Origin: an uncultured Pseudomonadales bacterium
GTDB lineage: Bacteria > Patescibacteriota > Microgenomatia > UBA1400 > PJMF01
Assembly (NCBI GenBank): GCA_964393205.1
Contig: CAYMSV010000003.1
Span: forward strand, 34,608-98,607
DNA length: 64,000 bases
Reading direction: 5' to 3'
Part shown: positions 8,902-18,368 of the stretch, in pieces
Layout: each line of letters begins with the position of its first letter
Position numbering within the stretch: position 1 is the first letter of the stretch
Position numbers and translations under genes: made by a program
Notes under the pieces: model-generated
The model's input: the letters and a program-made list of their open reading frames with translations, nothing else
What the model was told of the DNA's origin: nothing
Database searches by the model: none

Positions 8902-10755
8902 ATGCAAATTCGTAATGTAGCGATCATCGCTCACGTTGATCACGGAAAAACTACTTTAATTGATGGGATGCTCAAACAGACCCATGCTTTTCGTGAAAAT
9001 CAGGCCGAGATGGAACAAGAAACCATACTTGATAGTAATGATTTAGAGCGAGAAAAAGGCATTACCATTTTAGCTAAAAATACCTCTATTCACTATCAGA
9101 GTTTAGCGGGTGAAAAGATAAAAATTAATATTATTGATACTCCAGGCCACGCAGACTTTGCAGGTGAAGTAGAGCGAGTGATCAGCATGGCTGATGGTGC
9201 CATTTTATTGGTTGATGCTGCTGAGGGGCCACTACCCCAAACCAAATTTGTTTTGGAGCAGGCCATTGAGCAAAAACTACCCATGATTGTTTTGATTAAC
9301 AAAATTGATCGTCAAGATGCTGAACCAGAAAAAGTTTTGGCTCAAGTTGAAGAACTATTTTTAAGTTTAGCAGACAACGCTGCCCAATTAGATTTTCCAG
9401 TTTTATATTCTGTTGGTAGGATAGGAAAAATTTGGCCAACACTGCCCGTTCAAGAACTAGGACAAACAGAAGCTTTAGCCAAAAAAACAGGCGACTTGAG
9501 ACCTTTATTTGAAGAAATCGTGCGCAGTATTCCAGCTCCTCAAACTAAGCCAGAAGCAGCTTTTAAAATGCAAGTATCAACCTTAGATTTTGATTCATAT
9601 AAAGGTATTTATGCCATTGGTAAGGTTACTCAGGGTTTAGTTAAGCGAGGTCAGCGTTTAGTAATTTTACAAGAACAAGAAAAAGTTGGTGAAATGACAG
9701 TGGCTCATTTACTGGAAAGTGACGGTTTAGACAAGGTAGAAATCGAACAATCTCGTCCTGGAGACATTATTGCCATCACTGGTTTAGATAAAATTGCTAT
9801 TGGTCAAACTTTAGCAGCTCTGGGTGAAACTGAGGGTTTCCCGATGATTAAAATTACTGAACCAACTCTTAAAATTCAAATTTCAGCCAATACTTCTCCA
9901 TTTGTTGGTAAAGAAAGTGAATTTTGTACAGTTCGTCAGTTAGCAGATCGTCTTAAGCGTGAACAAAAAACCAACTTAGGTTTGCGTATTGAACAGAAGG
10001 AGGGTGGAGTTTTTGTAGTAGCTGGGCGTGGAGAATTGCATTTATCTATTTTGATTGAGACCATGCGGCGAGAAGGTTATGAAATGGAGGTTGGTCGTCC
10101 TCAGGTGATTTTTAAAGAAATTGATGGAGTCAAACAAGAACCAATTGAGGAATTAATGGTTGAGATAGATCAAGCTTATGTGGGAGTAATTACTGAAGAG
10201 TTGGGTAAACGTCACGCTCAATTACAAGCGAGCTCTACTAGTCATAAGGGAGTTAGTCGAATGACTTACCATATTAGTAGCCGCAATCTTTTAGGATTTC
10301 GGACAGAGATTTTAACCAAAACCAAGGGCAATGGTTTATTCACTAGTTCTTTTTTGAAATATGCACCACTTCAAGGTAATAAGTTGAGGTTAAGAAATGG
10401 AGCTTTGATTGCTACTGAAGCTGGGATGGTAACAGCTTATGCATTAGAGAGTGTGCAACAGCGAGGTAAAACCTTTGTTAACCCTGGTGATCAAGTTTAT
10501 GAAGGACAGATAGTTGGTTTGTGTAAACAAAAGGGTGACTTAGATGTCAATGTTTGTAAAAGTAAAAAGCTAACTAATTTCCGCTCAAATGCTGACGTGA
10601 TGACGGTGCTTAATGCTCGAGTCGATTTAAGTCTCGAACAATGCTTAGATTTTATTGAGAATGATGAATTGCTCGAAGTTACTCCAGAAAATTTACGTTT
10701 ACGAAAACGCTACTTAAGTAAATTAGTTCGTAATAAAAAAACTCGTCCCCAATAA
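8902..10755 (+). CDS. typA: Translational GTPase TypA/BipA
   Basis: IRNVAIIAHVDHGKTTL, DTPGHADF, NKIDR; EF-G-like domain order; ATG at 8902 preferred over track TTG at 8884. Confidence 0.9.
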   Translation: MQIRNVAIIAHVDHGKTTLIDGMLKQTHAFRENQAEMEQETILDSNDLEREKGITILAKNTSIHYQSLAGEKIKINIIDTPGHADFAGEVERVISMADGAILLVDAAEGPLPQTKFVLEQAIEQKLPMIVLINKIDRQDAEPEKVLAQVEELFLSLADNAAQLDFPVLYSVGRIGKIWPTLPVQELGQTEALAKKTGDLRPLFEEIVRSIPAPQTKPEAAFKMQVSTLDFDSYKGIYAIGKVTQGLVKRGQRLVILQEQEKVGEMTVAHLLESDGLDKVEIEQSRPGDIIAITGLDKIAIGQTLAALGETEGFPMIKITEPTLKIQISANTSPFVGKESEFCTVRQLADRLKREQKTNLGLRIEQKEGGVFVVAGRGELHLSILIETMRREGYEMEVGRPQVIFKEIDGVKQEPIEELMVEIDQAYVGVITEELGKRHAQLQASSTSHKGVSRMTYHISSRNLLGFRTEILTKTKGNGLFTSSFLKYAPLQGNKLRLRNGALIATEAGMVTAYALESVQQRGKTFVNPGDQVYEGQIVGLCKQKGDLDVNVCKSKKLTNFRSNADVMTVLNARVDLSLEQCLDFIENDELLEVTPENLRLRKRYLSKLVRNKKTRPQ

Positions 10756-10788
10756 AGCATCTTTATAAATGGGTGTTAGAATAGGAGT

Positions 10789-12006
10789 ATGCCTTCGTTT
10801 AGCGAACCATTAGCCTCACTTTTGCGTCCTAAGAACCTTGAAGAATTTGTTGGTCAAACTCATTTGGTGGGAGAGGGAAAACCTCTTAGTGCGATGATTG
10901 CGCTCGGTGCGCCTTTTTCTTTGATTTTTTGGGGACCACCTGGGGTGGGTAAAACTACTTTGGCCAAAATTATTGCTAGAGAAACTGGTCGGTCTTTTAT
11001 TGAGTTATCTGCGGTCTCAGCTAGTAAAGCAGATGTAAGAAAGGTCTTAGAGCAAACTAAAGAGCAAAAGACTTTGCTTGAATCATATCAAGCACCGGTG
11101 CTTTTTTTGGATGAAATTCATCGTTTCAATAAAGCTCAGCAAGACTTTTTATTACCCAGTGTTGAAAGCGGTCAAATTGTTTTAATTGGTGCTACCACTG
11201 AGAACCCATCTTTTGAAGTAATTGCTCCACTCTTATCTAGAATGAGGGTTTTTGTCTTGCATGCCCTCAAAGATGAAGATTTATTAGAAATAATTAAAAA
11301 AGCTCTTAAATTATTGAAGATCAAAAAAATAGCCAGTGCTAGTCAAGATTTTTTACTAAATTATGCCGATGGTGATGCGCGCAGACTATTAACCATTATA
11401 GATAACACCTATGCTCTTTATGGAGATCTTAAATTAAAATCACTCAAAAATGCTTTGCAATCCAAGCAGATTTTATATGATAAAAAGGGTGAAGAACACT
11501 ACAATATTATTAGTGCTTTTATCAAGAGTTTGCGGGCTAGCGATGTTGATAGTGCTCTTTACTATTTGGCAAGAATGGTTAAGGCTGGAGAAGATCCAAA
11601 ATTTATTGCTAGGAGAATGGTAATTTTTGCTAGTGAAGATGTTGGTATGGCACAGCCAACAGCGATAGTGGTTGCCAATGAGGTTTTTGAGGCTGTGATG
11701 AAAATTGGTTATCCAGAAGCGCAAATAAGTTTAGCTCATGGAGTGGTTTATTTAGCCCTGGCTAAAAAAGATCGAAGTGCTTATGATGCCTATTTTGCTG
11801 CTCTCTCTGATGTAGAAAAACAGGGTAATTTAGCCATTCCTCTTAAGCTACGCAATGCTCCAACCAAATTAATGAAAAATTTAAAATATGGTGAGGGTTA
11901 TCAAATGTATAAACCCGGCAGAGATGAAAAAAAAGAGAGCTATTTGCCAGACAAACTTAAGGGCAAAAAATATTATAAGCCAAAAAATAAAAGCCATCTT
12001 GAGTAA
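10789..12006 (+). CDS. rarA: Replication-associated recombination protein A (AAA+ ATPase)
   Basis: FWGPPGVGKTTLAKIIA Walker A, LFLDEIHRFNK, MgsA C-terminal domain. Confidence 0.85.
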   Translation: MPSFSEPLASLLRPKNLEEFVGQTHLVGEGKPLSAMIALGAPFSLIFWGPPGVGKTTLAKIIARETGRSFIELSAVSASKADVRKVLEQTKEQKTLLESYQAPVLFLDEIHRFNKAQQDFLLPSVESGQIVLIGATTENPSFEVIAPLLSRMRVFVLHALKDEDLLEIIKKALKLLKIKKIASASQDFLLNYADGDARRLLTIIDNTYALYGDLKLKSLKNALQSKQILYDKKGEEHYNIISAFIKSLRASDVDSALYYLARMVKAGEDPKFIARRMVIFASEDVGMAQPTAIVVANEVFEAVMKIGYPEAQISLAHGVVYLALAKKDRSAYDAYFAALSDVEKQGNLAIPLKLRNAPTKLMKNLKYGEGYQMYKPGRDEKKESYLPDKLKGKKYYKPKNKSHLE

Positions 12007-12130
12007 AACACAATTTTTACTCTTAAAGATGATTATTTACTAATTTACCAATCTTTTTTATTTATTGTTTTCTTAATATCTAGCTGATATAATAAATTTT
12101 TACCTAATTAATAATAATCGAAAGGTTAAA

Positions 12131-12853
12131 ATGTCAGAAAAAGACTTGCAAAATTGTTGTGGCTGTTGTCAATGTGCTGATTGTGATTGTGCAACAATTA
12201 ATACTACTTTCCCCTTAATTGGTGATAAATTTCCAGAGATGGAAGCCCATAGTACTCATGGTCGCTTATCTTTCCCCAAAGACTTAATGGGTAAGTGGAC
12301 GGTGCTCTTTAGTCATCCAGCCGATTTTACGCCAGTTTGTACTACAGAGTTTGTATCTTTTGCCAAATATGCGCCAGAATTTAAAAAAATTAATACTCAA
12401 TTAATTGGTTTATCTATTGATCAGGTTTTTTCTCATATCAAATGGGTGGAATGGATTAAAGATAAGCTAGACATTAAAATTCCTTTCCCGATTATCTCTG
12501 ATAATACTGGTCGTGTGGGTAAACGTCTGGGGATGATTCATGAAAAACAAGGCACAGATACGGTGAGAGCTGTTTTTGTCATGGATGAAAAGGCCAAGAT
12601 TCGCTTAATTCTTTATTATCCTCAAGAAGTAGGGCGCAATATGGCAGAAATTCTGCGAGCAGTTAAAGCTTTGCAGTTTTCTACGGCCAATAAGGTTGCT
12701 ATGCCAGCTAATTGGCCAGAGAATGAGTTAGTCGGCGATCATGTAATTATTCCTCCAGCTACAACTGAAGCTGAAGCCAAAAGTAGAGCTGGAAAAAAAG
12801 ACTGTTATGATTGGTGGTTTTGTCATAAAAAGATAGCGACTAAAAAGAAATAA
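12131..12853 (+). CDS. 1-Cys peroxiredoxin (Prx6-like) with N-terminal Cys-rich extension
   Basis: [12 protein letters not shown] peroxidatic motif; N-terminus [12 protein letters not shown]. Confidence 0.85.
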   Translation: MSEKDLQNCCGCCQCADCDCATINTTFPLIGDKFPEMEAHSTHGRLSFPKDLMGKWTVLFSHPADFTPVCTTEFVSFAKYAPEFKKINTQLIGLSIDQVFSHIKWVEWIKDKLDIKIPFPIISDNTGRVGKRLGMIHEKQGTDTVRAVFVMDEKAKIRLILYYPQEVGRNMAEILRAVKALQFSTANKVAMPANWPENELVGDHVIIPPATTEAEAKSRAGKKDCYDWWFCHKKIATKKK

Positions 12854-12870
12854 ATTTCTTATATAAATTG

Positions 12871-12897
12871 GCCCCTGTTTTGACAGGGGCTTTTTTT
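12871..12897 (+). terminator. Rho-independent terminator
   Basis: GCCCCTGT-TTTG-ACAGGGGC stem-loop followed by TTTTTTT. Confidence 0.8.
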
Positions 12898-12943
12898 CAT
12901 TTGTTCTAATTATAGAAGTGGCTTATAATAACAACTTGAGTGA

Positions 12944-13017
12944 GCGCCCATAGCTCAGCTGGATAGAGCGTTTGTTTGCGGAACAAAAGGCCAGAGGTTC
13001 GAATCCTCTTGGGCGCA
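12944..13017 (+). tRNA. tRNA-Arg, anticodon read as GCG
   Basis: Manual cloverleaf: acceptor GCGCCCA/TGGGCGC, D-arm GCTCAGCTGGATAGAGC, anticodon loop TTGCGGA, T-arm AGAGGTTCGAATCCTCT; no encoded CCA. Confidence 0.8.
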
Positions 13018-13282
13018 CAATTGGTTTTTAAATTAATTTTTTTTGGTAAGCTTGTTTGATTTTTATTGGTTTTTTTCGCCCATTGGTTTACAATACAAAG
13101 ATTATGAGAAAAGAACATAAAGAATCTGCCACGGCGGTTGTTATTCGTCAGCTGTCACAAATTCAACAGAGTGGTTGTAAATGTGATGAGACCAATAAAA
13201 AGATATGGTCTGACACAGCAGAAGTTCGCGCAGCGGATAATCAAAAAAATAAAAAAAGCAGCAACTAAGACGATCTGCTTAA

Positions 13283-13369
13283 GGAAGGGTCGCATAGCGG
13301 CTATTGCATCAGCCTCGAAAACTGACGCCCTTTTGGGCATCGCGGGTTCGAGTCCCGCCCCTTCCGCCA
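13283..13369 (+). tRNA. tRNA-Ser (anticodon CGA), type II with long variable arm, CCA encoded
   Basis: Acceptor GGAAGGG/CCCTTCC, anticodon loop CTCGAAA, variable arm GCCCTTTTGGGC, T-arm GCGGGTTCGAGTCCCGC, 3' GCCA. Confidence 0.8.
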
Positions 13370-13377
13370 AGCGAATT

Positions 13378-13405
13378 CCTGGCGGATGGCCCCCGAGCCA
13401 CCGCC
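13378..13405 (+). repeat. Conserved tRNA-Ser trailer hairpin, copy 1 (CCTGGCGGATGGCCCCCGAGCCACCGCC)
   Basis: Near-identical 27-nt element recurs after the second tRNA-Ser (19440-19466); folds as GGCGG-A-TGG / CCA-C-CGCC stem with 8-nt loop. Confidence 0.6.
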
Positions 13406-13432
13406 GTCAAGCGAGCATACTAAGTTATTATC

Positions 13433-14098
13433 ATGAAAAAACTCATTATTTCAGATACCCATCTTGGAAAGTTTAATAAAAAACAATTTAGTTTTTTAAA
13501 GGATCTTATCAGTTCCGTTGACGAAGTAATTATCAATGGTGATTTTTGGGACAGTTGGTGTGTTTCTTTTGAAAAATTTGTTAATTCAGGGTGGCAGCAA
13601 CTATTCGATTTATTGTTAGAAAAAAACACTATTTATATTCACGGCAACCACGACCCCAAGCATTTGTGCGATGAACGTTGTTCCTTATTTGCTGTAGAAA
13701 CCCATGATAGTTATGAATTTGAGTTTTTGGGTAAAAAATTTCATTGCGAACATGGTCATCGTTTAATGACTGGTTTTGACATGGGTAAATTTATTAATTT
13801 TTATAATAAGATTTTACATCGTAGACCTAAATTTCTTTGTTATGTTATTGCTAAATTAGAAAGATTACTTTTTAATTTATTTCCAAAAATTGCTAAACAC
13901 TCAAAAGTTGGTCAGCGTACTAATAAAATACTTAAGAAAAATTCTAAAGTTGAATATATAAATATTTTTGGTCATTCACACAATCCAACTCTGGATTATG
14001 AAAATAATTTTATCAATACAGGTTCAATTATGTGTAAAAATGCTAGTTATGTTCTTATTGATGATGAAAAAATTCACTTGGAAAAAAAGAGATATTAG
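13433..14098 (+). CDS. Calcineurin-like metallophosphoesterase (LpxH-like)
   Basis: ISDTHLG, INGDFWD, GNHD, GHSH motifs. Confidence 0.7.
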   Translation: MKKLIISDTHLGKFNKKQFSFLKDLISSVDEVIINGDFWDSWCVSFEKFVNSGWQQLFDLLLEKNTIYIHGNHDPKHLCDERCSLFAVETHDSYEFEFLGKKFHCEHGHRLMTGFDMGKFINFYNKILHRRPKFLCYVIAKLERLLFNLFPKIAKHSKVGQRTNKILKKNSKVEYINIFGHSHNPTLDYENNFINTGSIMCKNASYVLIDDEKIHLEKKRY

Positions 14099-14154
14099 GC
14101 TTAAGTTTAATTTTTAAACTGGTGGCTTGAATAAAAATTTGTTAATATGATTTT

Positions 14155-14613
14155 ATGGAAGCCCTCACTTGTCTCAAAACTAGAAGGTCAATTAGAAAAT
14201 ACAAAAATACGTCTGTTTCTCAAGAAATTATTGACGACATTCTTGAATGTGCGCGCAGCGCTCCTTCGGCCAACAATTCACGACCTTGGCATTTTATTGT
14301 GGTGCGAGACCAAGCTCAAAAAGAAAAATTGTCTCAGGTTCAGCCTTGGGCTTCTTTTGTAGCAGATGCTCCGGTTTGTATTGTTTTGTGTATGACTAGC
14401 GCTGGCTCAGACTTTTCGCCATCAAACTATCTAAGTGTGGCTTGTGCAGGTGAAAATATTTTGTTGGCGGCTCATGCTCATGGATTAGGCAGTTGTTGGG
14501 CTTACGTTAAAGATTTTAATAATACTAGTGTTGAAGAAAAAGCCAGAACTGTTTTAAAAGTTTCAGAAGATTTAGAAATTATTGCCCTTTTTCCCATTGG
14601 CTATCCTGTATAA
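14155..14613 (+). CDS. Nitroreductase-family oxidoreductase
   Basis: TRRSIRKY ... SAPSANNSRPWHFIVV nitroreductase signature. Confidence 0.8.
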   Translation: MEALTCLKTRRSIRKYKNTSVSQEIIDDILECARSAPSANNSRPWHFIVVRDQAQKEKLSQVQPWASFVADAPVCIVLCMTSAGSDFSPSNYLSVACAGENILLAAHAHGLGSCWAYVKDFNNTSVEEKARTVLKVSEDLEIIALFPIGYPV

Positions 14614-14621
14614 TCCTCTTC

Positions 14622-15431
14622 ATGAAAAGAAAACAAAAAAAGTTAGGTTTAGCTTTAGGTTGCGGTGGTTGGAGAGGCTTGGCTCATATTGGTGTAATTG
14701 AGGAGTTATTGAAAAATGATATTGAGATTAGTTATATAGCTGGTAGTAGTGCTGGAGCTCTGGTCGGTGGCATGTATGCAGCTTTTCAAGATATTGAAAA
14801 AGTAGAATCAATATTTCGAGAAAATATGAATTATCGACGTGTACTCTATGCTTTTTCTGATCCTCGACCAAAATGGGGAATTTTTGGTGGTGAAAAAATG
14901 GAGAAAATTTTTAAAAAATACTTAGGTAATCGTCAAATAGAAGATTTACCAATTCCTTTTTGCGCGATGGCTTGTGACCTGTTAACTGGTAAAGCTATAG
15001 AATTAAAAGCCGGCAACTTGGCTAAAGCCATTCATGCCAGTCTAGCTGTGCCATTTTTTTTACAACCGGTTAAGTGGGGTAAGATGCGCCTTATTGATGG
15101 AGGAACAGCGGTACCGATTCCAGTTAAAACAGCTCAACAGATGGGAGCAGAGGTAGTGATTGGAGTTAATTTACAAAAAAACCATTTTCCGATGACAGAT
15201 CATAAGATGTCTGCTTTTAAGACAGCCCTTAAAACTTCTCAAGTAATGCTTTATCACTTGGCCCAATACACTCAAGAGCCAGCAGACTTAGTGTTGCAAC
15301 CAGATATTAATGAAAGCGGCGATTATAGCAATCCCTTTTTGGGTTTTGTTAAACGAGGGGATGTATTTTCTGATGGAGAAGAAGTGGTGAAAAATAATAT
15401 AGAAGTTATTAAAAAATTATTATTTGTTTAA
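14622..15431 (+). CDS. Patatin-like phospholipase
   Basis: Oxyanion GCGGWRG, nucleophile GxSxG (AGSSAGA), DGG catalytic Asp. Confidence 0.8.
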   Translation: MKRKQKKLGLALGCGGWRGLAHIGVIEELLKNDIEISYIAGSSAGALVGGMYAAFQDIEKVESIFRENMNYRRVLYAFSDPRPKWGIFGGEKMEKIFKKYLGNRQIEDLPIPFCAMACDLLTGKAIELKAGNLAKAIHASLAVPFFLQPVKWGKMRLIDGGTAVPIPVKTAQQMGAEVVIGVNLQKNHFPMTDHKMSAFKTALKTSQVMLYHLAQYTQEPADLVLQPDINESGDYSNPFLGFVKRGDVFSDGEEVVKNNIEVIKKLLFV

Positions 15432-16173
15432 AAAAATGAGTCAAATTGCTAAAAAAATTATTCTAGCTATTAAAAAAGAAGCAGATCCTCAAAAAGCTAA
15501 ACACTTGCAACGTTTTTTTAAAACTGGTCCGGGAGAATATGGTGAGGGCGATTTATTTTTAGGTTTAACTGTTCCCACTCAACGAAGTATTGTTAAGAAT
15601 TTTAAAAACAGACTAAACCTTAAGGATTTAAAAGTACTTATTGTTAATCCTTATCATGAAGTTCGTTTGGTTGGTTTGCTGTTGTTAGTAGAGTTTTTTA
15701 AAAAGGCTTCTAATCAGTTAGAAAAAAAAGTTTTAGTTGATTTTTATTTGGATCATTCCTCTTATATTAATAATTGGGATTTAGTTGATTTATCTGCTTA
15801 TAAAATTATTGGTCAATATTTATTTGAAATAAATCAGGAAAAAAAATTACAGAAAATTCCAAAATTATTAAGTAGTTTAGCTAAATCAGATTTGTTATGG
15901 GATAGGCGAATTGCTATATTATCTACTTTTCCTTTTGTCAGAGCGGGTCAATTTTTACCAACTTTGGAATTAGCTAAAATCTTAATTAATGATCAAGAAG
16001 ATTTAATGCACAAGGCGGTTGGTTGGCTACTACGTGAAGTGGGCAAGCGAGACGAACAGGTTTTAACTACTTTTTTAGACGAATATACTTTAGAAATGCC
16101 ACGCACCATGTTGCGCTATGCTATTGAAAAATTTCCTGAGAAAAAAAGACAGTTTTATTTAAAGAAAACTTAA
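15424..16173 (+). CDS. DNA alkylation repair protein (AlkD/AlkC-like HEAT-repeat glycosylase)
   Basis: N-terminal ADPQKAKHLQRFFKTGPGEYGEGDLFLGLTVP characteristic of the family; likely start ATG 15436. Confidence 0.65.
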   Translation: MFKKMSQIAKKIILAIKKEADPQKAKHLQRFFKTGPGEYGEGDLFLGLTVPTQRSIVKNFKNRLNLKDLKVLIVNPYHEVRLVGLLLLVEFFKKASNQLEKKVLVDFYLDHSSYINNWDLVDLSAYKIIGQYLFEINQEKKLQKIPKLLSSLAKSDLLWDRRIAILSTFPFVRAGQFLPTLELAKILINDQEDLMHKAVGWLLREVGKRDEQVLTTFLDEYTLEMPRTMLRYAIEKFPEKKRQFYLKKT

Positions 16174-16403
16174 GCAGGCTTGTGAACGTAAAAGACCTGA
16201 TCACTAATGGGGAAATCTGATTCATTAAAAACTTCATTCTTAAGTGAACGAATAACAATCATTGAAGCTCCTGGTATTTCTTTAACAATTTCTGCAATTA
16301 GTTTTTTATTAACAAAATATGGTTCCGCATCACTACCAGCTCCTGCATGGATAGAATCTCCTTTGTGTAGAGTAATTTTTTTGATTTTTTCTGTCATAAT
16401 CAA
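16170..16403 (-). CDS. Hypothetical small protein (77 aa)
   Basis: ORF only; 4-nt overlap with upstream convergent gene. Confidence 0.3.
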   Translation of the reverse strand: MIMTEKIKKITLHKGDSIHAGAGSDAEPYFVNKKLIAEIVKEIPGASMIVIRSLKNEVFNESDFPISDQVFYVHKPA

Positions 16404-16543
16404 TTATTATATCAATTTATATCAAATAGTGAAGACAAATTTATTTTTTAATTATTTTAACTATTGCCTTCTCAAAAAATAAAAACTACAATGACCGATG
16501 GTGTTGAGCTCTCGTTTAGATATAAACCAGATTAGATTTGATA

Positions 16544-16633
16544 AAAAACGCCTAAATAGGCGTTTTTCTATGGTCACTTTTTTGACCAAAGAAATATTAG
16601 ACACCAAAAAGCAAGCTAAGGCTTGCTTTTTTT
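16544..16633 (+). promoter_or_regulatory. Cluster of three hairpins in the argG 5' region (possible attenuator / small RNA / bidirectional terminators)
   Basis: AAAAACGCCTAAATAGGCGTTTTT; TGGTCACTTTTTTGACCA; AAAAAGCAAGCTAAGGCTTGCTTTTTTT, 50 nt upstream of argG start. Confidence 0.45.
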
Positions 16634-16685
16634 ATAACCTTAAAGTTAGTTTAAATATTAATTAGTTTACGGAAAGTCAACAACT

Positions 16686-18368
16686 ATGGAGCAAGATTCA
16701 AGCTACACCAAAGTTTCTACTTATGAGGGACGCAAGGGGATGGTTAAAAAAGTGGTGCTTTTGTATTCTGGTGGACTTGATACTTCAGTGATGCTGCGTT
16801 GGATTAAAGAAGAATATGGGGCTCAGGTGGTAGCTTTGACTATAGATATTGGTCAACAAGCTGACGATTTAGAAGAAATGCGTAAAAAAGCATTGAAAAT
16901 TGGTGCGGTCAAAGCAATTGTCATTGATGCTAAAAAAGAATTTGCCTATCACTATCTCGCTAAGGGTATTAAGGCTAATGCTAGTTATCAGGGCAAATAT
17001 CATTTAAGCACCCCTTTAGGTCGACCTTTACTAGCAAAATTAGCAGTCGAAGTAGCTCGCGCCGAGGGTTGTGACACTATCGCTCATGGTTGCACTGGCA
17101 AAGGCAATGATCAAGTTCGATTGGAGGGCACTATTTTAACCCTAGCTCCAGAAATGAAAATAATTGCTCCAGTTAGAGAATGGAGTATGGGCCGTGATGA
17201 AGAATTAGCCTATGCTAAAAAACACAAAATACCGGTTAAACAAACCAAGGACAAACCTTATTCTTATGATGATAATATGTGGGGAGTAACCATTGAAAGT
17301 GGTGAGATTGAAAATCCAGCTCTTATTCCTCCTTTAGACAAAATTCTTCAAGTGAGTCGGGTTATTGAAAAAACCCCAGATAAACCAAAATATATCAAAC
17401 TAACTTTTGTTAGAGGTCTACCAACTAAAATTGATGATAAAACCATGAATTTAGTAGAGATTATTCGATTTTTAAATCAAATGGGTGGCAAGCATGGGGT
17501 TGGAGTAACTCATCATATTGAAGATCGATTGGTAGGATTGAAAGTGCGAGGTATTTATGAAGCGCCGGCAGCAGAAATTATTATTAACGCCCATCTTAAT
17601 TTGGAAAAATATGTCTGTACCCGTCGAGAAAATGAATTTAAAAATGAAATTGACAATAAGTGGGCTTATCTCTGTTATGGGGCACTTTGGTATGAGCCAC
17701 TGATGGAGAGTTTAAATGCTTTTATTAATCAAGTTAATGATAAGGTGAGTGGGACAGTAACAGTTAAGTTGTTTAAAGGGATAGCTGAAGTAGTGGCAGT
17801 TGAAACTGCTAATAGCATTTTCGATGAAAAACTAGCTACTTTTATGAAGAACGATGCTTACAATCAAAACGCTTCTCCAGGTTTTATTGAGATTTATACT
17901 CTACAGATGCGTTTAGCTCAAAACAAACATCGCTATGCGCTGCTAACTATTGGAGAAGACAAAAATAAAAAAGCCTTTTTACCTTATGTAAAAATTTTAG
18001 CCAAACTCGGTTATAACTTCTATGCAACGGAAAATACGCATAAGTTTTATAAAAAACACGGTATTGAATCAGTTTTTATTTATAAGATGCATCAGAAAAA
18101 ATATCCTAACCTAGAGGAATTATTGCAACAAAATTTCTTTGATTTAATTATTCATGCTCCTTATAAAAATAAACCAGAGAATGCTAAAGATGAAGAAGTG
18201 ATCAGAAAATGGACAGTTAAGCACAGCATTCCCGTTGTTAATGATGCTAGAGTATTTAAGGTTTTAACCGATAAATTACAAAAACACATCGTTGCCGTTA
18301 AAAAGGAACAAAAAGATGAAGAAAAAGCAAAATTGGAATTTGAAAAATCTCGTTCTAGAAAAAATTAA
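16686..18368 (+). CDS. argG: Argininosuccinate synthase fused to a C-terminal MGS-like domain
   Basis: N-terminal VVLLYSGGLDTSVMLRWI PP-loop and ArgG core (~400 aa); C-terminal ~150 aa (LLTIGEDKNKKAFLPYVKILAKLGYNFYATENTHKFYKKHGIESVFIY...) resembles methylglyoxal-synthase-like allosteric domain of CarB. Confidence 0.8.
   Translation: MEQDSSYTKVSTYEGRKGMVKKVVLLYSGGLDTSVMLRWIKEEYGAQVVALTIDIGQQADDLEEMRKKALKIGAVKAIVIDAKKEFAYHYLAKGIKANASYQGKYHLSTPLGRPLLAKLAVEVARAEGCDTIAHGCTGKGNDQVRLEGTILTLAPEMKIIAPVREWSMGRDEELAYAKKHKIPVKQTKDKPYSYDDNMWGVTIESGEIENPALIPPLDKILQVSRVIEKTPDKPKYIKLTFVRGLPTKIDDKTMNLVEIIRFLNQMGGKHGVGVTHHIEDRLVGLKVRGIYEAPAAEIIINAHLNLEKYVCTRRENEFKNEIDNKWAYLCYGALWYEPLMESLNAFINQVNDKVSGTVTVKLFKGIAEVVAVETANSIFDEKLATFMKNDAYNQNASPGFIEIYTLQMRLAQNKHRYALLTIGEDKNKKAFLPYVKILAKLGYNFYATENTHKFYKKHGIESVFIYKMHQKKYPNLEELLQQNFFDLIIHAPYKNKPENAKDEEVIRKWTVKHSIPVVNDARVFKVLTDKLQKHIVAVKKEQKDEEKAKLEFEKSRSRKN

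Noticed and set aside
9096-9302. 68-aa minus-strand ORF
   Set aside because: Antisense within typA
11473-11724. 83-aa minus-strand ORF
   Set aside because: Antisense within rarA
12906-13118. 70-aa minus-strand ORF
   Set aside because: Its translation (…[25 protein letters not shown]) is a read-through of tRNA-Arg; not a protein gene
13056-13476. Overlapping plus-strand ORFs (70 and 112 aa) and a minus ORF 13155-13370 between the two tRNAs
   Set aside because: They run across tRNA-Ser(CGA) and its trailer hairpin (GLEPA-type tRNA translation artefact); no RBS; region more likely non-coding
14147-14362. 71-aa ORF overlapping nitroreductase start
   Set aside because: Alternative frame of the nitroreductase gene 14155-14613, which has the conserved family motifs
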